Below are positions 49,367 to 61,395 of a stretch of DNA of 64,000 nucleotides, piece by piece. A program made the translations under genes and the position numbers. Numbering within the stretch: the first letter of the stretch is position 1; each line of letters starts with the position of its first letter. The notes beneath the pieces are model-generated. The model was not told the origin of the DNA and did no database searches. It worked only from the letters and a program-made list of their open reading frames with translations. Location: assembly GCA_977017575.1 (NCBI GenBank), contig CDRNVI010000053.1, forward strand, positions 186,001 through 250,000, read 5' to 3'. The stretch comes from Paramoeba atlantica. Taxonomy: Eukaryota; Protista; Discosea.

Positions 49367-49925
49367 TTCTCCACGGGAGATCAGCGTGAGTCTTGCGTAA
49401 AGAAGATGATGTTAAGGTGTCGCGTGTCGCAGTGTATGGTTTCATCAAGCGCGATGAATCGCTCGGGGGAACACTATAAGTGCCTGCGTTGAGGCGGTGG
49501 TCGAGGCCGTCGCCTGCGCGGCAAAAACCTTTTTAAGATACCGAAGAAACGGCCAATTGTTACGCGAACGGCCAATCGTTATCAACACGCGGGGAAGATT
49601 TGGTGACTGGGAGTGCAACCAAATAGAGGGATCAAAGCACAGTGGGTTCTTTCTAAGTTTGCTGGAACAGAAAAACAGATTTGGTATACTGAAGATACTG
49701 CGCACGAAGAAGAGTGAGGTCGTTGCAGAGGCCATTGGTAGCATCCTGGAACACTATCTTCTTTCATACGATTACGTATGGCAATGCGTCAGAGTTTGCG
49801 AAACATGGGAATGTAAACACGCTTCTTGGGTGTGACTCATTCTTTTGCAAACCCTATGCCAGGTGGGAAAACGGTAGAGTAGAAAACTTTGACGGTGTGG
49901 TTAGAGATTTCTTCTCCCCAGACTA
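49367..49925 (+). pseudogene. second, divergent IS30-family transposase fragment
   Basis: SPREIS, VYGFIKRD..GG...KCLR, RERP, GDWE, HTITYGNASEF, FCKPYARWENGRVENFDGVVR in shifting frames; no TIRs seen. Confidence 0.8.
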
Positions 49926-50898
49926 TGGGGAAAGCCATTAAGAAGGAAAGCCATTAAGAAGGAAAGCCATTAAGAAGGCTCTAGATGGGCACAATATGAC
50001 GCTGCTCAGCAAGTACGACATCACTCTACATAAGGCCCAACCACAGAAGATTGAGGAGCCACGATACGAACAAATCATACGAAGTTCAGACCAGCCATTC
50101 CGAATCTCACCAACGCCTGAAAATCCAACCCCTTCACCGAAAGAGGCTGTGCGCTACCGGATCCCACGCCGGCATAAGTGTATCGCAAAGCTGAAGTATG
50201 GCCACGCATGCTACAAAATATTTAGCCCGCTTCCAGTCCACAACGGTGACGTCACGGTAACCACCGTTTCCTCCGACCAACTTGAAGACACAAACCAGCG
50301 CGACCCGATATTATCCAGGAACTGCCCATTAGACCAAAGTATCACAAATACGAAAGGTCATCAGAGCGCCCGAGGCTCACAAGAGGCTCTTCAATGCAAC
50401 AAGGTCAGCACGCATTCGCAAGAACCATCTAATGCAAGAATCTCCAGCCGCCCATTTTTGTTTGATTTTTTTTTCAATTTTGGACCACCGGAGCCCCCTT
50501 TTATAAATTTTTCTTCTATTATATCACTGTGTTCCTCTTGTATTTTCACTGTTTTTGTTCACTTTTTTTTCAATAATCGAGGGTAGAGCGGTAGTTATAC
50601 AACCACCGCAACTCACCTTTGCTCTCGGTTAGGCCCCGGAGTTGCGTGAAGGCCTCCATACCCCACAACTACCACCTTCCCCCCCTATTTTAAATGATTT
50701 AGCGGGGGTCGCACGAGCCAACTTATCATGCAATACAACGGCAATTATAGCACTTTTATAGTACTATAAACTTTAAATACTATACATTCCAATACTTTGT
50801 ATTCCAATACTTTGATCTACATTGTTTTTATTATTCGGTATATTGCTCAGTATCGGATTTGGGTAGATCCTATTTGTTCGATTAACTTTTTCCTTTAA

Positions 50899-52473
50899 AT
50901 GCCCCACCCGTATCCTCGAAGATCCAAAAAAGTGCGAAGCGTTCTTTTCGATCCTGCCCGAGGTGGACGTGTACTCGGTAAGGACCAAACAGATGGATCT
51001 CATGATGGAGATCCCCCAATTAGTCTTTTTTTCAAGTTGATCATTGAGAAATATTCCCTTTTGGTTAATCAACGAGCCTTGAATTTGTCACAGATATCTC
51101 AGTACGAAGAAACACGGTCTGTCATCAATTTCAATACCCAGCACGCCTGTGAGGCGCTTTGCTCGTGCATAAAATCTTATTACCCCGATGTCGAGGCAAT
51201 CGCACTAGACCGGAATCGTATAAAGATGCCATTAATGCTGCTTAATGCCATGAAGAAATTTGATCTCTCGAGCCGTATTACAGCGATATCTTTGCAAGGA
51301 AATCCAATCTGTGAACTGGGATTTCTTCACAAGTTAAAGTTGTTTCCAGCCCTCCAAGAGCTCCGCCTTAAAGAGTGTCCCGCTACTCGACGTTCAAATT
51401 ATCGCAAAGAGGTCGCACGAATCCTCCCCGAGCTCATGCTCCTCGATGACGAGAGCGCGGAGGCGATCTCCCTATCCCTCCCCTGGCCGCTCTACCCCTC
51501 CCCGGGTGGGTTTTCCCCCGACCCCTCCGACCCCGACGCCACGTGTCGTGCCTACCTCCTACGCTACCTCGCCGCGGTGGAGGCCAACGCCGTGGAGTCC
51601 CTCGTCAGCTTCTACCACCCCGCCTCCACCCTCTCCACCACCGTCACCGAGGGGTTCTACTTCCCCACCCCCCCGGGCGCCACCCCCGCCGAGCGCCGCA
51701 CCCTCGACCGCGCCTTCCACGAGCTCCGCCACCTCCACAGCCGCAACCTCGCCCCCGCGCACCAATCCAAGGACGCCCACAGCAGACTCACCCGGGGCTA
51801 CCTCGAGCTCACCCACGCCCTCCGCGCCCGGCTCTACCTCGAGACCCCCCGGGTCACCCAGGCCGTGGAGCTCGGCCCCCACGTCGAGGTCACCCACCCC
51901 CCCGCATTCGGCGCCCACGCGTTTGGGAAGATCCCTTTCTACATTGTAAAGATGCATGGGACACTGAAGTACTGTTTTGAAAACACAAAAGACGGGCCAA
52001 AGGAAAACAGAGAAAACAAAGAAAACAGAGAAAACAAAGAAAACAGAGAAAACAAAGAAACCCCACACGAGACCATCATCACACGGTGGTTCGACCGCTC
52101 CTGGGTGCTACTCCCCCGGGAGAGTGGGGAGCTGGGGATATGGAGTGACATGTGGGTGTTGCGGGGGGGAGAGGGGAGGGGGGGGCCGTTGTGGGGCCCC
52201 GCCCAGGGGGACCGGGTCGAGAAGCTCGCTCGTCGGTTCGCGCTCCCGGAGACGGTGGCACAGGAGGTGATTGGAAAGTCCGGGAATGATTTACAGTGTG
52301 CCTTGTTGGGGGAGTTGGTGAGTCGTACCCGGTTGCGTCCGGAGATTGCGTTGGCGTGTTTGTCCGAGCGGGAGAATGATATGGAGAAGGCACTGGCGTT
52401 GTTTGAGGAGAGGAAGGGGGAGCTGCTGCCGAGTCATTTTTGTGAGGAACCGCAAGGCGCGGGGAAACCGTAG
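50899..52473 (+). CDS. MEX67: mRNA export receptor Mex67/NXF1-like (LRR + NTF2-like + C-terminal UBA/TAP-C)
   Basis: LRR ISLQGNPIC/LRLKECP; NTF2 FL.RY..A.E..FYHP and WFDRSWVL..I.SDM; UBA-like CL..RENDMEKALALF. Confidence 0.8.
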   Translation: MPHPYPRRSKKVRSVLFDPARGGRVLGKDQTDGSHDGDPPISLFFKLIIEKYSLLVNQRALNLSQISQYEETRSVINFNTQHACEALCSCIKSYYPDVEAIALDRNRIKMPLMLLNAMKKFDLSSRITAISLQGNPICELGFLHKLKLFPALQELRLKECPATRRSNYRKEVARILPELMLLDDESAEAISLSLPWPLYPSPGGFSPDPSDPDATCRAYLLRYLAAVEANAVESLVSFYHPASTLSTTVTEGFYFPTPPGATPAERRTLDRAFHELRHLHSRNLAPAHQSKDAHSRLTRGYLELTHALRARLYLETPRVTQAVELGPHVEVTHPPAFGAHAFGKIPFYIVKMHGTLKYCFENTKDGPKENRENKENRENKENRENKETPHETIITRWFDRSWVLLPRESGELGIWSDMWVLRGGEGRGGPLWGPAQGDRVEKLARRFALPETVAQEVIGKSGNDLQCALLGELVSRTRLRPEIALACLSERENDMEKALALFEERKGELLPSHFCEEPQGAGKP

Positions 52474-52749
52474 AGGGTGGAGTGAAGGGGGTGGTTTACG
52501 GTGTGAACCATTCGCTACGCCTAGTGGAACGCTTTTTTCGACACGGTCGAATAGCCGGTATTTGTGTTATACAGGTAAGACGATGTAAACTACGGGAGTT
52601 TTTATAGCGAGAGAGTGTAGTTCTGCATGTTTCAAAGCATGAACTTCCTCTTCTTTTTCTCTCTTTTTTCTACTTTTTTTCTACTTTTTTTAATCCCGCT
52701 CTTTTCTTCCTCTCCTCTTTTTCCCACCCTCTTTTCTCTCTTCCCCCCT

Positions 52750-53520
52750 ATGGACGCTGAAACCCTCGCCGGGGTAGGTGGCTTCATGGCCTCCCAAACC
52801 GACCCCTCCAAACCCAAACCCCCCGAGTCCCGCCAGCGCGGCTCCTTCCCCCTCCGTCCGCTCACCATCAAACAGCTCCTGGACTCCACCCACGTCGGGG
52901 ACGGCACCATGGTCGTCGACGACAAGGAGGTGGGGCAGATCACCGTGCTCGGTCGTGTCCTCTCCCACCCCGACGGCCCCCCCACCCCCGGGCTCGCGCG
53001 CATGTTCGCCGTGGCCCTCTGCGACGACACCGGCACCCTGCTGTGCAAGAAGTGGATGGACGCCGCGGAGCCCTTCGACCCCGCCTGGGCCGTCGGGAAC
53101 TACCTCCGCGTGTCCGGGGCCGCCAAGCTCACCGAGGGGGTCCCCTCCCTCACCGGGCAGTTCCGCCCCGTGGTGGACAGCAACGAGGTGATCTACCACG
53201 GGCTGGAGTGCGTCCTGGTGCATCTCCGCAACACACGACCCCCACCGGCAAAGGGGAAGGGGGAAGCGGGGGAAGCGGGGGAAGGAAAAAGAGTCACCCC
53301 CGTCCCCGAGGCCCCCGTCGGGAGTCTGCGGGAGGCGCTACGAAAGGTAGCCGCCGGGGGGGATCGACGGCAGGGGATGACGGTGGAGGAGATGGTGTCG
53401 AGGCTGGGGGAGAGTGGGCGGGTGGGGGTGGGGGTGGGGGAGGTGCGACGGGAGGTGGGGTATCTGGTTTCGCAAGGGTTGTTGATTACAACGGTGGATG
53501 AGAATCATTTTACGTGTTAG
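52750..53520 (+). CDS. RPA2: replication protein A 32-kDa subunit
   Basis: LRPLTIKQL, ITVLGRV, DDTGT, YLRVSG, DSNEVIYHGLE; C-terminal winged helix; ATG at 52750 follows a pyrimidine tract. Confidence 0.88.
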   Translation: MDAETLAGVGGFMASQTDPSKPKPPESRQRGSFPLRPLTIKQLLDSTHVGDGTMVVDDKEVGQITVLGRVLSHPDGPPTPGLARMFAVALCDDTGTLLCKKWMDAAEPFDPAWAVGNYLRVSGAAKLTEGVPSLTGQFRPVVDSNEVIYHGLECVLVHLRNTRPPPAKGKGEAGEAGEGKRVTPVPEAPVGSLREALRKVAAGGDRRQGMTVEEMVSRLGESGRVGVGVGEVRREVGYLVSQGLLITTVDENHFTC

Positions 53521-53835
53521 GGGAAAGGGGGGGGGTGGAGGGGGGGGTGAATTGTACAAGGGGACATGTGTTTTTAGGATGTAGTGTTGCATTTAGGTTC
53601 ACTTGTTTTCTTTATTCGTCTGTAGAGAAAGGTTGATGATGGAACTTAAAAGTTGCTAGTCATAAGATTGTATTGAACGGGTCACAACGAATGGGGAATA
53701 CGATGCAAGACATTGAACTCTGAGTAACAGCTGTATTTTTGAACCATTTTTTTTTCGGTTTGTATTCTACACAAGTTTCTACCCAATTGAATTTCATCAA
53801 CAAACAAGTCAAAATATTACCCCACTCTCCGTGAC

Positions 53836-55863
53836 ATGAAAAACGAAACCCTCTCACTGAACACGAAAAAGAAACTCATGGCCCTCGCCCACGAAGCGAG
53901 TGGTTTAAAACGGAAAAAGCACCTCTCGGAGTCTATCCCCACACCCTCAGACGCCGAAACCCCGGAAAATCCACGTCCGCCGGTTTCCGCATTCCCTTCA
54001 ACCTCCTCCCGCTTCGGTCCTGCCCCCCTCCCCCCCTCTTCCCTCACTTTCGAAACCCTCGGCGGCATGTCCCAGGCCAAAATCGCCCTCCGCGACGCCC
54101 TCTTCCCCATTTTTCACCGCCCTGAACTCTACCGCTCCCTCGGTGCGGACCCCCCCTCCGGGATTCTCCTCCATGGGGTGCCGGGATCGGGAAAAACCAC
54201 CCTTGCCCGGGCCCTGGCCGCTACGCTCGGCGTCCCGCTGTTTCACCACACCGCCTCGGAGCTCACCGCGGGGGTCTCGGGGGAGAGTGAAGCCTTAGTC
54301 CGGGAATTGTTTCAAACCGCAATTTCGTTTTCTCCCTCTATTATTTTGCTCGATGAAATCGACAGCATTACGGGAAAACGCGACGACAGCACACGAGAAA
54401 TGACAAGACGCGTGGTTTCGCAGTTTCTCTCCTGTATGGACCAATTAGCGGTCGCGTGGCGTGAGAGAGGCACCGTGGTGGTGGTCCTGGGCACCACAAG
54501 CCGGTTGGATACCATTGACCCCGCGGTCCGGCGTGCGGGGCGGTTTGATCGCGAGATTGTGCTCTCCGTACCGAACACAGCAGAGAGGGAAGAGATATTT
54601 CGTGCGCTGTGTGCGGAGATGAAGGTGAGTGAAAAAGTCGATTTCGCAGAGGTCGCACGAAAAACCCCAGGGTTTGTTCCCGCAGATTTACATGCCGTCA
54701 CAAAGGAAGCCGCAGGGTTGGCCATTCGGCGAGTCATGGACACGGAAAGTAAACCCACCCAATCCCCCAACCCCACAAACCAACCAACCACCCCAACCCC
54801 CCCTCCTCCACCCGTTTCCATGGACGAAGACACCCCCTTGGCGTCCTCCTCCCCCCCTCCCCCCCTCTCCCTCCTCCCCCGCGACATCACCGCCGCCCTC
54901 ACCACCGTCCAGCCCGCCGCCCTCCGCGAGGGCTTCACCACCCTCCCCTCCGTCTCCTTCCACCACGTCGGGGCCCTGGCCCCCGTCCGCGCCGAGCTCT
55001 TCCGCTCCGTCGTCCTCCCGCTGCGCCACCCCGCGCTCTACCGCCGCTTCGGGTTGGCCCAATCCCTCGGGGTCCTACTCCACGGCCCCCCGGGCTGCGG
55101 CAAGACGCTGCTGGCGAAGGCGGTGGCCCACGAGGCGGGGGCGAACTTCATCGCGGTGAAGGGGCCGGAGCTGCTGAGTAAGTACCTCGGGGAGTCCGAG
55201 CGCGGGGTGCGGGCGGTGTTCGGGCGCGCCCGGGCCAGTGCCCCGTGTGTGTTGTTTTTTGATGAGTTGGATGCGCTGGCGCCGCGGAGGGGGGGAGGGG
55301 ACGCGGGGGAGGGGGGAAGTGGAGGAGGAGCTGCGGAACGGGTGGTGAATCAGCTGCTCACGGAGATGGATGGGATGGAGGCGCGGGATGTGGTGGGGGT
55401 GTATGTGTTGGGGGCGACGAATCGACCGGATCGGATTGACCCGGCGTTGACGCGACCCGGGAGGTTGGATAAGACGTTACATGTGCCGTTACCGAGTCCC
55501 GAGCAACGGGTGAGTATTTTGGAGAAACTGGCGAAGGGGTTTCCGTTGAGTCCGGAGATTGATTTGGAGGGGACCGCGAAAGGGGATGTGCGGTGTGAGG
55601 GGTTTAGTGGGGCAGACCTCGCGGCACTGTTGCGGGAGTCCGCGTTGCTGGCGGTGAGGGAGGTGTTGGGGCACTGTTGTGAGGAGTCCGTGGGGTTCTC
55701 CTCGGCCAATGCCGTCGGGGAGTTGGTGGCGAATTTGGATGCGGGGATCAGCCAGCCATGTATTCAACCCGCGCATTGGAATGAGGCGCTGACAAGGACG
55801 CGGCGATCGGTGTCGGATAGGGTGGCACAGGCGTACGGGTCGTATCAGGCCGGTCGTACGTGA
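53836..55863 (+). CDS. NVL: two-domain AAA+ ATPase, NVL/Rix7 (CDC48-like) family
   Basis: [29 protein letters not shown]; [37 protein letters not shown]; short N-terminus. Confidence 0.85.
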   Translation: MKNETLSLNTKKKLMALAHEASGLKRKKHLSESIPTPSDAETPENPRPPVSAFPSTSSRFGPAPLPPSSLTFETLGGMSQAKIALRDALFPIFHRPELYRSLGADPPSGILLHGVPGSGKTTLARALAATLGVPLFHHTASELTAGVSGESEALVRELFQTAISFSPSIILLDEIDSITGKRDDSTREMTRRVVSQFLSCMDQLAVAWRERGTVVVVLGTTSRLDTIDPAVRRAGRFDREIVLSVPNTAEREEIFRALCAEMKVSEKVDFAEVARKTPGFVPADLHAVTKEAAGLAIRRVMDTESKPTQSPNPTNQPTTPTPPPPPVSMDEDTPLASSSPPPPLSLLPRDITAALTTVQPAALREGFTTLPSVSFHHVGALAPVRAELFRSVVLPLRHPALYRRFGLAQSLGVLLHGPPGCGKTLLAKAVAHEAGANFIAVKGPELLSKYLGESERGVRAVFGRARASAPCVLFFDELDALAPRRGGGDAGEGGSGGGAAERVVNQLLTEMDGMEARDVVGVYVLGATNRPDRIDPALTRPGRLDKTLHVPLPSPEQRVSILEKLAKGFPLSPEIDLEGTAKGDVRCEGFSGADLAALLRESALLAVREVLGHCCEESVGFSSANAVGELVANLDAGISQPCIQPAHWNEALTRTRRSVSDRVAQAYGSYQAGRT

Positions 55864-57278
55864 GGGAAAACTAAAGAGGGGATGAAAAAATAAAATTGTA
55901 GTTAAGTAAGAAATAATCCATTTGTTGGTCTTGTATTTAAGCTTTTCTTTGTATCTATGATTTTTAGCAGGGTAAGACAAATGGGCTTTAGTGTATAGCA
56001 AACGGATGGATTTTAGTTATTGGTTTTGCATGGATGAATTCTATGATCGTTAAGGGAAGCACGCTGCAGACGCCATCAGATGTGCCAGTCAAAAACCCAG
56101 CGAAACGCAGAAAGAAAGTAACGGGAATAGCCTTCAAAGATATATCCCAGAGGCATGAGAAAAACACTAAAGAAGGCCGTATAGGGGAAAAGTCGCATCA
56201 AACTTCATCGTTAAAGGCTGACTCAAAGGAATCTAAGGCACCTGATCCAGCTGCAGGAAGCCCGGCAGCGAGATCCTCCTAAAGTGAGATTGCCCTCATT
56301 GATATGAGCATTAGCGAGTTGATTACAGAGTCCATTCATCTCATAAGTGGCGTCAAAAGGAGTTGCGACATATTGCCTTTCACAAAGTTATGAGTCCGAA
56401 ACTGCGGAATTATGTTCTTGCGATTGGAGAAACAGAGTCTTAAACTCATGGTTTTTCATGTTTTCCAATATTAGTTTTGTGAACGACCTAGAATTCAACA
56501 AGCTGACTATCACGATTTTTTCTTGCTGAATGTTCCTTGGTACGCCCTTTTCATTACCTTCACCACAGTTTTCATCGCTCAAGATTTTTTGCCATGGTAA
56601 AAATAGATAAAAAAGTTAATTTTCCTGAGGGGATCATTACGTTTCCTACTGTAGAGTACAGCGGTACATTAGCTTAGCATTTTCGTAATGTAATCGTACA
56701 TAAAATTGGGGGACTGCGGTGGGATCTCACAGGATCTCACGACCGCGCTGAAATTAACGTCGCGCTGCTTCGCGTTGGCGCGTCAGTCGCGACTGTTCTG
56801 TTTGATTTTGCTTTGAATGGTTTCGTGTGATCTCACGCGATCTTGTGGAATCTCGTTTGAACCTCACCTGCAGCCCCTCAATTCTATACATTGTACGGAA
56901 GTTTTCGTTTGTAGTTGCTTCGTTAAATGCTGTGGTTATTTTCAATTTAGAAGGCACCACTGCTGCGCGCTTCGCGTTGAAAACTACTTCCGCGTTTTAT
57001 GAAGCGACTAAAGACCGACAAAAAGAATTCTCAAAAGATGACGAATATCTATTTTTGGGGGTGAAAAAGCCATTTTTAGGCCTTAAATGAGAAGGTTTTA
57101 CCCCAAACTTGGGCCCTATTTTGATGCCTTACCGGCAGAGGTAGGAGGGAGATCTGATTAGAAAACGTGACGTCCAATTCCTTGAATAAAAAATTGTACT
57201 CTCTACATGCTCCACCACTCAAGACTACCTACACGAGACGACCCTTACCCACCCAACTAAGTCCTCTGCACCGCTCTG

Positions 57279-59825
57279 ATGAAACTCCCCACAAAAATCT
57301 ACATTAAAAAGATTGCCCACTCGCGCCCGCTGGATGCCATGACCTTCACCTTCCATCAGGCGACAAAAGGAACATGTAACCGCGGCGCACTGATCCAAGC
57401 GATACAACATTGTTACCAAGATAAGGACACCTCCCCGCACCGCAAACGCCATCGCGGATGTTGGGAGAACGCCCTCTGCGCGGTCCTCGGCGCCGAAGCC
57501 GCGGGCTACCCTCGCCTGGGCGAAATCTACCGCGAACTCGCCAAATGTGCCTACCACAACCGCGCCTGGGAGGGTGCCCTCCACATCCTTGCCCACTGGC
57601 GTTGTCCCCAAATCGATCCCCACGCCCTCACAGCCGACTCCCCCGCACACCCCCCACTTCCTCCTCCTCACCCTCAAAATCGCAACTCAACCCTCAACCC
57701 CTCCTGCCTCACCCCCCCTCCCCCACCCCCTTATTCCACCTCCGTGAACGCCCTCCCCTTCGCCATGACTCATCACTCTAAACAACAATCACAGCAACAA
57801 CAAGAACAACAGCAACAATCACAACAGGAACAATCACAACAATCACAATCACAATCACAACAACAACAACAATCACGTCGACGACAGCAACAACAACAAC
57901 AACCACAACAACAATCACAACAACAACGACAATCACAACCACAACAACAACAATCACGTCGACGACAGCAACAACAACCCCCACAATCCCAGCAACCAGA
58001 ATCTTCAATCACCCCCTTTTCCCCTTTTTCCCCATCCCCTCTTTCCTCTTCCCCCCCCTCTCTCCCCCCCTCCCCCGCCCCCTCCCCCCGTCCCCTCCCC
58101 TCCCCCTGCCTCCACCACTACGCCCTCGCGTCCCTCGCCCCCACCCCCCACTGGCCCCTCGCCCTCGCCGCCCTCCACGACCTCCCCCGCTGCGGCCTCA
58201 CCCCCTCCCCCACCACGTACGCCCTCGTGCTGCGGGGGCTGGAGCAGAGCGCGCAGTGGAGGCGTGCGCTGTGCGTGTACGACACGGTGAGGGGGGTGGG
58301 GGGAGTAGTGGGGGTGAGGGAAGTAGTGGGGGAGAAGGGAGTGGGGATGAAGGTGAAGGGAGTGGGGGTGAAGGGAGTAGTGGGGGTGAGGGGGATGGGG
58401 GTGAAGGGAGTAGTGGGGGTGAGGGAGATGGAGGTGGGGGTAGTGGGAATGGGGAAGGAAGGGATGGGGGCAAAGGGGACGGGGACAAAGGAAATGAAGG
58501 CAAAGGAGATGGGGGAGATGGAGGGGATGAGGCAGATGGAGGGGATGGGGGAGATGGAGGGGATGGGGGAGAGGGGGGTAGTGGGGGCAAAGGGGATGAG
58601 GGGAGTGGGGGCAAACGGGGTGAGGGAGATGGAGGGGATGGGGGCAAGTTGGATGGGGGAAACGGGGATGGGGGTGAGGGGGGTTGTGGGGGCTAGGGTG
58701 GTGGGGACGGTGATGGGGGCCTGTACGCGTGCGGGTCAGTGGGAGGTGAGTTTAGCGGTGGCGGGGGATTGGGTAAGGGGGTGGGGTGAGGAGGAGAGAG
58801 GGAGGGGGAGAGGAGGGAGGAGAGAGAGAGGGGGGAAGGAAGAGGAGGAGGAGGTGAAGGAGGAGGATAGGCATGTGAAGGATGAAAAGGAAATGAATAA
58901 GAACCATAAGAGTCAGCAAAGTGATATGATTCGTCACAGAAACGACGATAAGACCCCGCACCGTGCGGTATGGATTAACAGTGATGTGTTCTATCAACTC
59001 ATGCGGGCGTTATCGAAAGGAGGGGTGTGGCAGGAGGTGGTACGGGCGTATGAAGCCGCAGAAAGGGTCGGAAGGGGGACAGATCGATCACGTACGTTGG
59101 TGGTACGGGTACTGCATCATGCAGGGCAGTGGGAGAGGGCCGTGAGGGTGGCGTGTGAGAGTATTGGTAAAGGAGAGGATCGCGGCCGGGGAGAGGGTAG
59201 AGAGGAGGAAGAGAGGGGTGAGCTAGAGGTCGAACCGCTGGAGTATGATATACGGAATGACAACGGCAAAATGGATAGATATAAAATGCGTATGTGGAGC
59301 TATGCACTCGGGGTATTGCTTCAAGGGTGCAGGTACGCTAAAAACGAGCCCTTGACAACGTCTCTTGTACAATACGTCCACGAAAATACAGCAAGCCTTA
59401 CTCCACTCTCCGGTTTACTTTTCTCGGAGCTTTGTCACGAGGCCGCACGGCTGGGGCATTTCCAAATTGCCATGCGCCATGCGGAAAAAGCAATGCGCAA
59501 CAATTTAATGATGAATGCCGTGGTTCAACTGCTGGGTTCGACAAGGCAATGGGATGAAATGCTTAAGTCCTATCATCGGTACCAGAACAACCCACGTTTC
59601 GTGATGACCTCGGAGAGCTTAGACCACTTTTTACAGGGTATGGGGCAGCTACGGAATTGGCACCAAGCCCTAGCTGTGGTTGATTCGTTAGAAAGCAATT
59701 CGAAGCGTTGGGCTACCAAAGGGGCCCCTTCCATTGTGAATGTTACCCATTTACGTACACTGTACGATTTATGTGAGTCGTGCGGGTACCATCATAGCCA
59801 ATGGCGATGGAAACACCATCCCTGA
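57279..59825 (+). CDS. pentatricopeptide-repeat protein with large low-complexity insertions
   Basis: PPR-like motifs [58 protein letters not shown]. Confidence 0.75.
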   Translation: MKLPTKIYIKKIAHSRPLDAMTFTFHQATKGTCNRGALIQAIQHCYQDKDTSPHRKRHRGCWENALCAVLGAEAAGYPRLGEIYRELAKCAYHNRAWEGALHILAHWRCPQIDPHALTADSPAHPPLPPPHPQNRNSTLNPSCLTPPPPPPYSTSVNALPFAMTHHSKQQSQQQQEQQQQSQQEQSQQSQSQSQQQQQSRRRQQQQQQPQQQSQQQRQSQPQQQQSRRRQQQQPPQSQQPESSITPFSPFSPSPLSSSPPSLPPSPAPSPRPLPSPCLHHYALASLAPTPHWPLALAALHDLPRCGLTPSPTTYALVLRGLEQSAQWRRALCVYDTVRGVGGVVGVREVVGEKGVGMKVKGVGVKGVVGVRGMGVKGVVGVREMEVGVVGMGKEGMGAKGTGTKEMKAKEMGEMEGMRQMEGMGEMEGMGERGVVGAKGMRGVGANGVREMEGMGASWMGETGMGVRGVVGARVVGTVMGACTRAGQWEVSLAVAGDWVRGWGEEERGRGRGGRRERGGKEEEEEVKEEDRHVKDEKEMNKNHKSQQSDMIRHRNDDKTPHRAVWINSDVFYQLMRALSKGGVWQEVVRAYEAAERVGRGTDRSRTLVVRVLHHAGQWERAVRVACESIGKGEDRGRGEGREEEERGELEVEPLEYDIRNDNGKMDRYKMRMWSYALGVLLQGCRYAKNEPLTTSLVQYVHENTASLTPLSGLLFSELCHEAARLGHFQIAMRHAEKAMRNNLMMNAVVQLLGSTRQWDEMLKSYHRYQNNPRFVMTSESLDHFLQGMGQLRNWHQALAVVDSLESNSKRWATKGAPSIVNVTHLRTLYDLCESCGYHHSQWRWKHHP

Positions 59826-59976
59826 GCCATAGTTACAAGCTTTGTCATGTTATACGCCACAATTTTAGTTTTCAGTTAAGTCCAGTGTCATTTTTTCACA
59901 TGCCAAAAAAACGTGCTTTCGAATTCAAATCTTGTTTTTTTGCTTAGAACTTCCTTTTTCCCACCAAATCCCCTAC

Positions 59977-61047
59977 TCCATGAAACCCCGTGCCCCACGT
60001 TGTCGTCACTGCAAACGCCCCGACACCCTGGTCGAGGACGAACACGAGGGCTACACCATCTGTACCCACTGCAACTACATCGCCGGCACCCTCCTCGACG
60101 CCTCCGAGGGGGCTGAATCCTTTATCTCCTCCCGTGCTGATATCTCCTCGGATCTTACACTCCGGCCTGATTTCTTATCCTCTTCCTCTGCTTCTTCCCC
60201 CACTCTTGATGCCACCACCGAAGCCGACCTGCGGCTACAAAAACAAAAACTCGTTAAACTAGGAAACGCTCTAGGACTACGACAACCCGTTGTGGATCGC
60301 GCAGTCTCGTTTTATTTCGCCTATGGAGATTATCTCAAAAGGAGAGGCGACAAAGCACTGCGGGGGAAAGAGGAGATTCTAGCCGCGTGCCTACTCGAGG
60401 CCGCGGCACAGTCCCAGGTAGCCGTGTCGCTCCCTGAGCTCCTACGGGGGATGCGCGTACCGGACAAAGAGGCAAGGCGGGTTGCGGGGAATATCACAAG
60501 GGTGCGGCATAAAGTGCAGGATGTGGTGGGAGGGGGAGGGGGGAGAGGAGAAGATGCCGTACAAAAGGGTGTGGAGAGGATAGAAATTGGAGACCCGACT
60601 AGAGAAGGTTTTGAGAACCAGAGCTTCTCAAGCCCCGTGGTTACTTTGGAACAACGCTACCGGGAGATGATGCAGCGTTGTGTACAGCGGCTGTGTGTGC
60701 CTGGGGTGTACACGATTGCGCTGGTCGCACGTCTGGGGGCGCTGTTGGAGGATAAACTCCCGGCAGCACGACACCCGGAGGTAGTGCTGGCATATGTGGT
60801 GTACACGATACTCACGAGCCAGGACTACCTCTCGCTGTGTGGCACACGAGTGGAGTTTGTGATTCCGCTCGGGAGTCCGGGGGAACGGATTCTGCGCGCA
60901 AAATTGTCCGACCACTTTGGTGTGAGGTGGGCCGACGTGGAGGCGTTCGGGGGTAAAGTCACGGAGGATGTGCGTCAGGGGATGATGTACGAGGCGGAGA
61001 GGTATGCGAGGGAGCTGAGAAAACCGCAGGAGACCAAGAGGGAGTAG
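59977..61047 (+). CDS. TFIIB-family transcription factor
   Basis: Zinc ribbon CRHC..LVEDEHEGYTICTHC plus cyclin-fold repeat LGNALGL...VDRA...LAACL; length fits TFIIB rather than BRF1. Confidence 0.75.
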   Translation, partial: SMKPRAPRCRHCKRPDTLVEDEHEGYTICTHCNYIAGTLLDASEGAESFISSRADISSDLTLRPDFLSSSSASSPTLDATTEADLRLQKQKLVKLGNALGLRQPVVDRAVSFYFAYGDYLKRRGDKALRGKEEILAACLLEAAAQSQVAVSLPELLRGMRVPDKEARRVAGNITRVRHKVQDVVGGGGGRGEDAVQKGVERIEIGDPTREGFENQSFSSPVVTLEQRYREMMQRCVQRLCVPGVYTIALVARLGALLEDKLPAARHPEVVLAYVVYTILTSQDYLSLCGTRVEFVIPLGSPGERILRAKLSDHFGVRWADVEAFGGKVTEDVRQGMMYEAERYARELRKPQETKRE

Positions 61048-61395
61048 GGATCTCTTCGGAGGATTTCTATGGTTCTTTGCGAGAACTTCGCGAGGTGTAA
61101 ATTTACACCTTAACAAAGGAAATAGTTTCGTTTCTTCAAGATATTCGAAGGGCACGCACACACGGTGCATTAAAGAATCTATGTTACTCCATTTTTACTG
61201 CACTCTGTGCAAGTGAATTTGTATTGTAGCGAGAGGGTCTAGCCTTCCTGTAGAATTCCGGTAAGAATTCCTGGTACCACTTGGAATCACGGTTGGCTCT
61301 AAGCTTCCACTGTTTCGCAAGTATCTTTTTTTCGTACATCATCAAGAGTTCATATTTTTTCTTCTCTCGCTTCTTTCACATATCCTAACAGCCTT

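Noticed and set aside
49996-50586. 196-aa ORF
   Set aside because: No motif, and it runs into a dispersed repeat; not supported as a gene
51446-59307. Long overlapping or antisense ORFs in the gene cluster
   Set aside because: Shadow frames of GC-rich, low-complexity coding sequence
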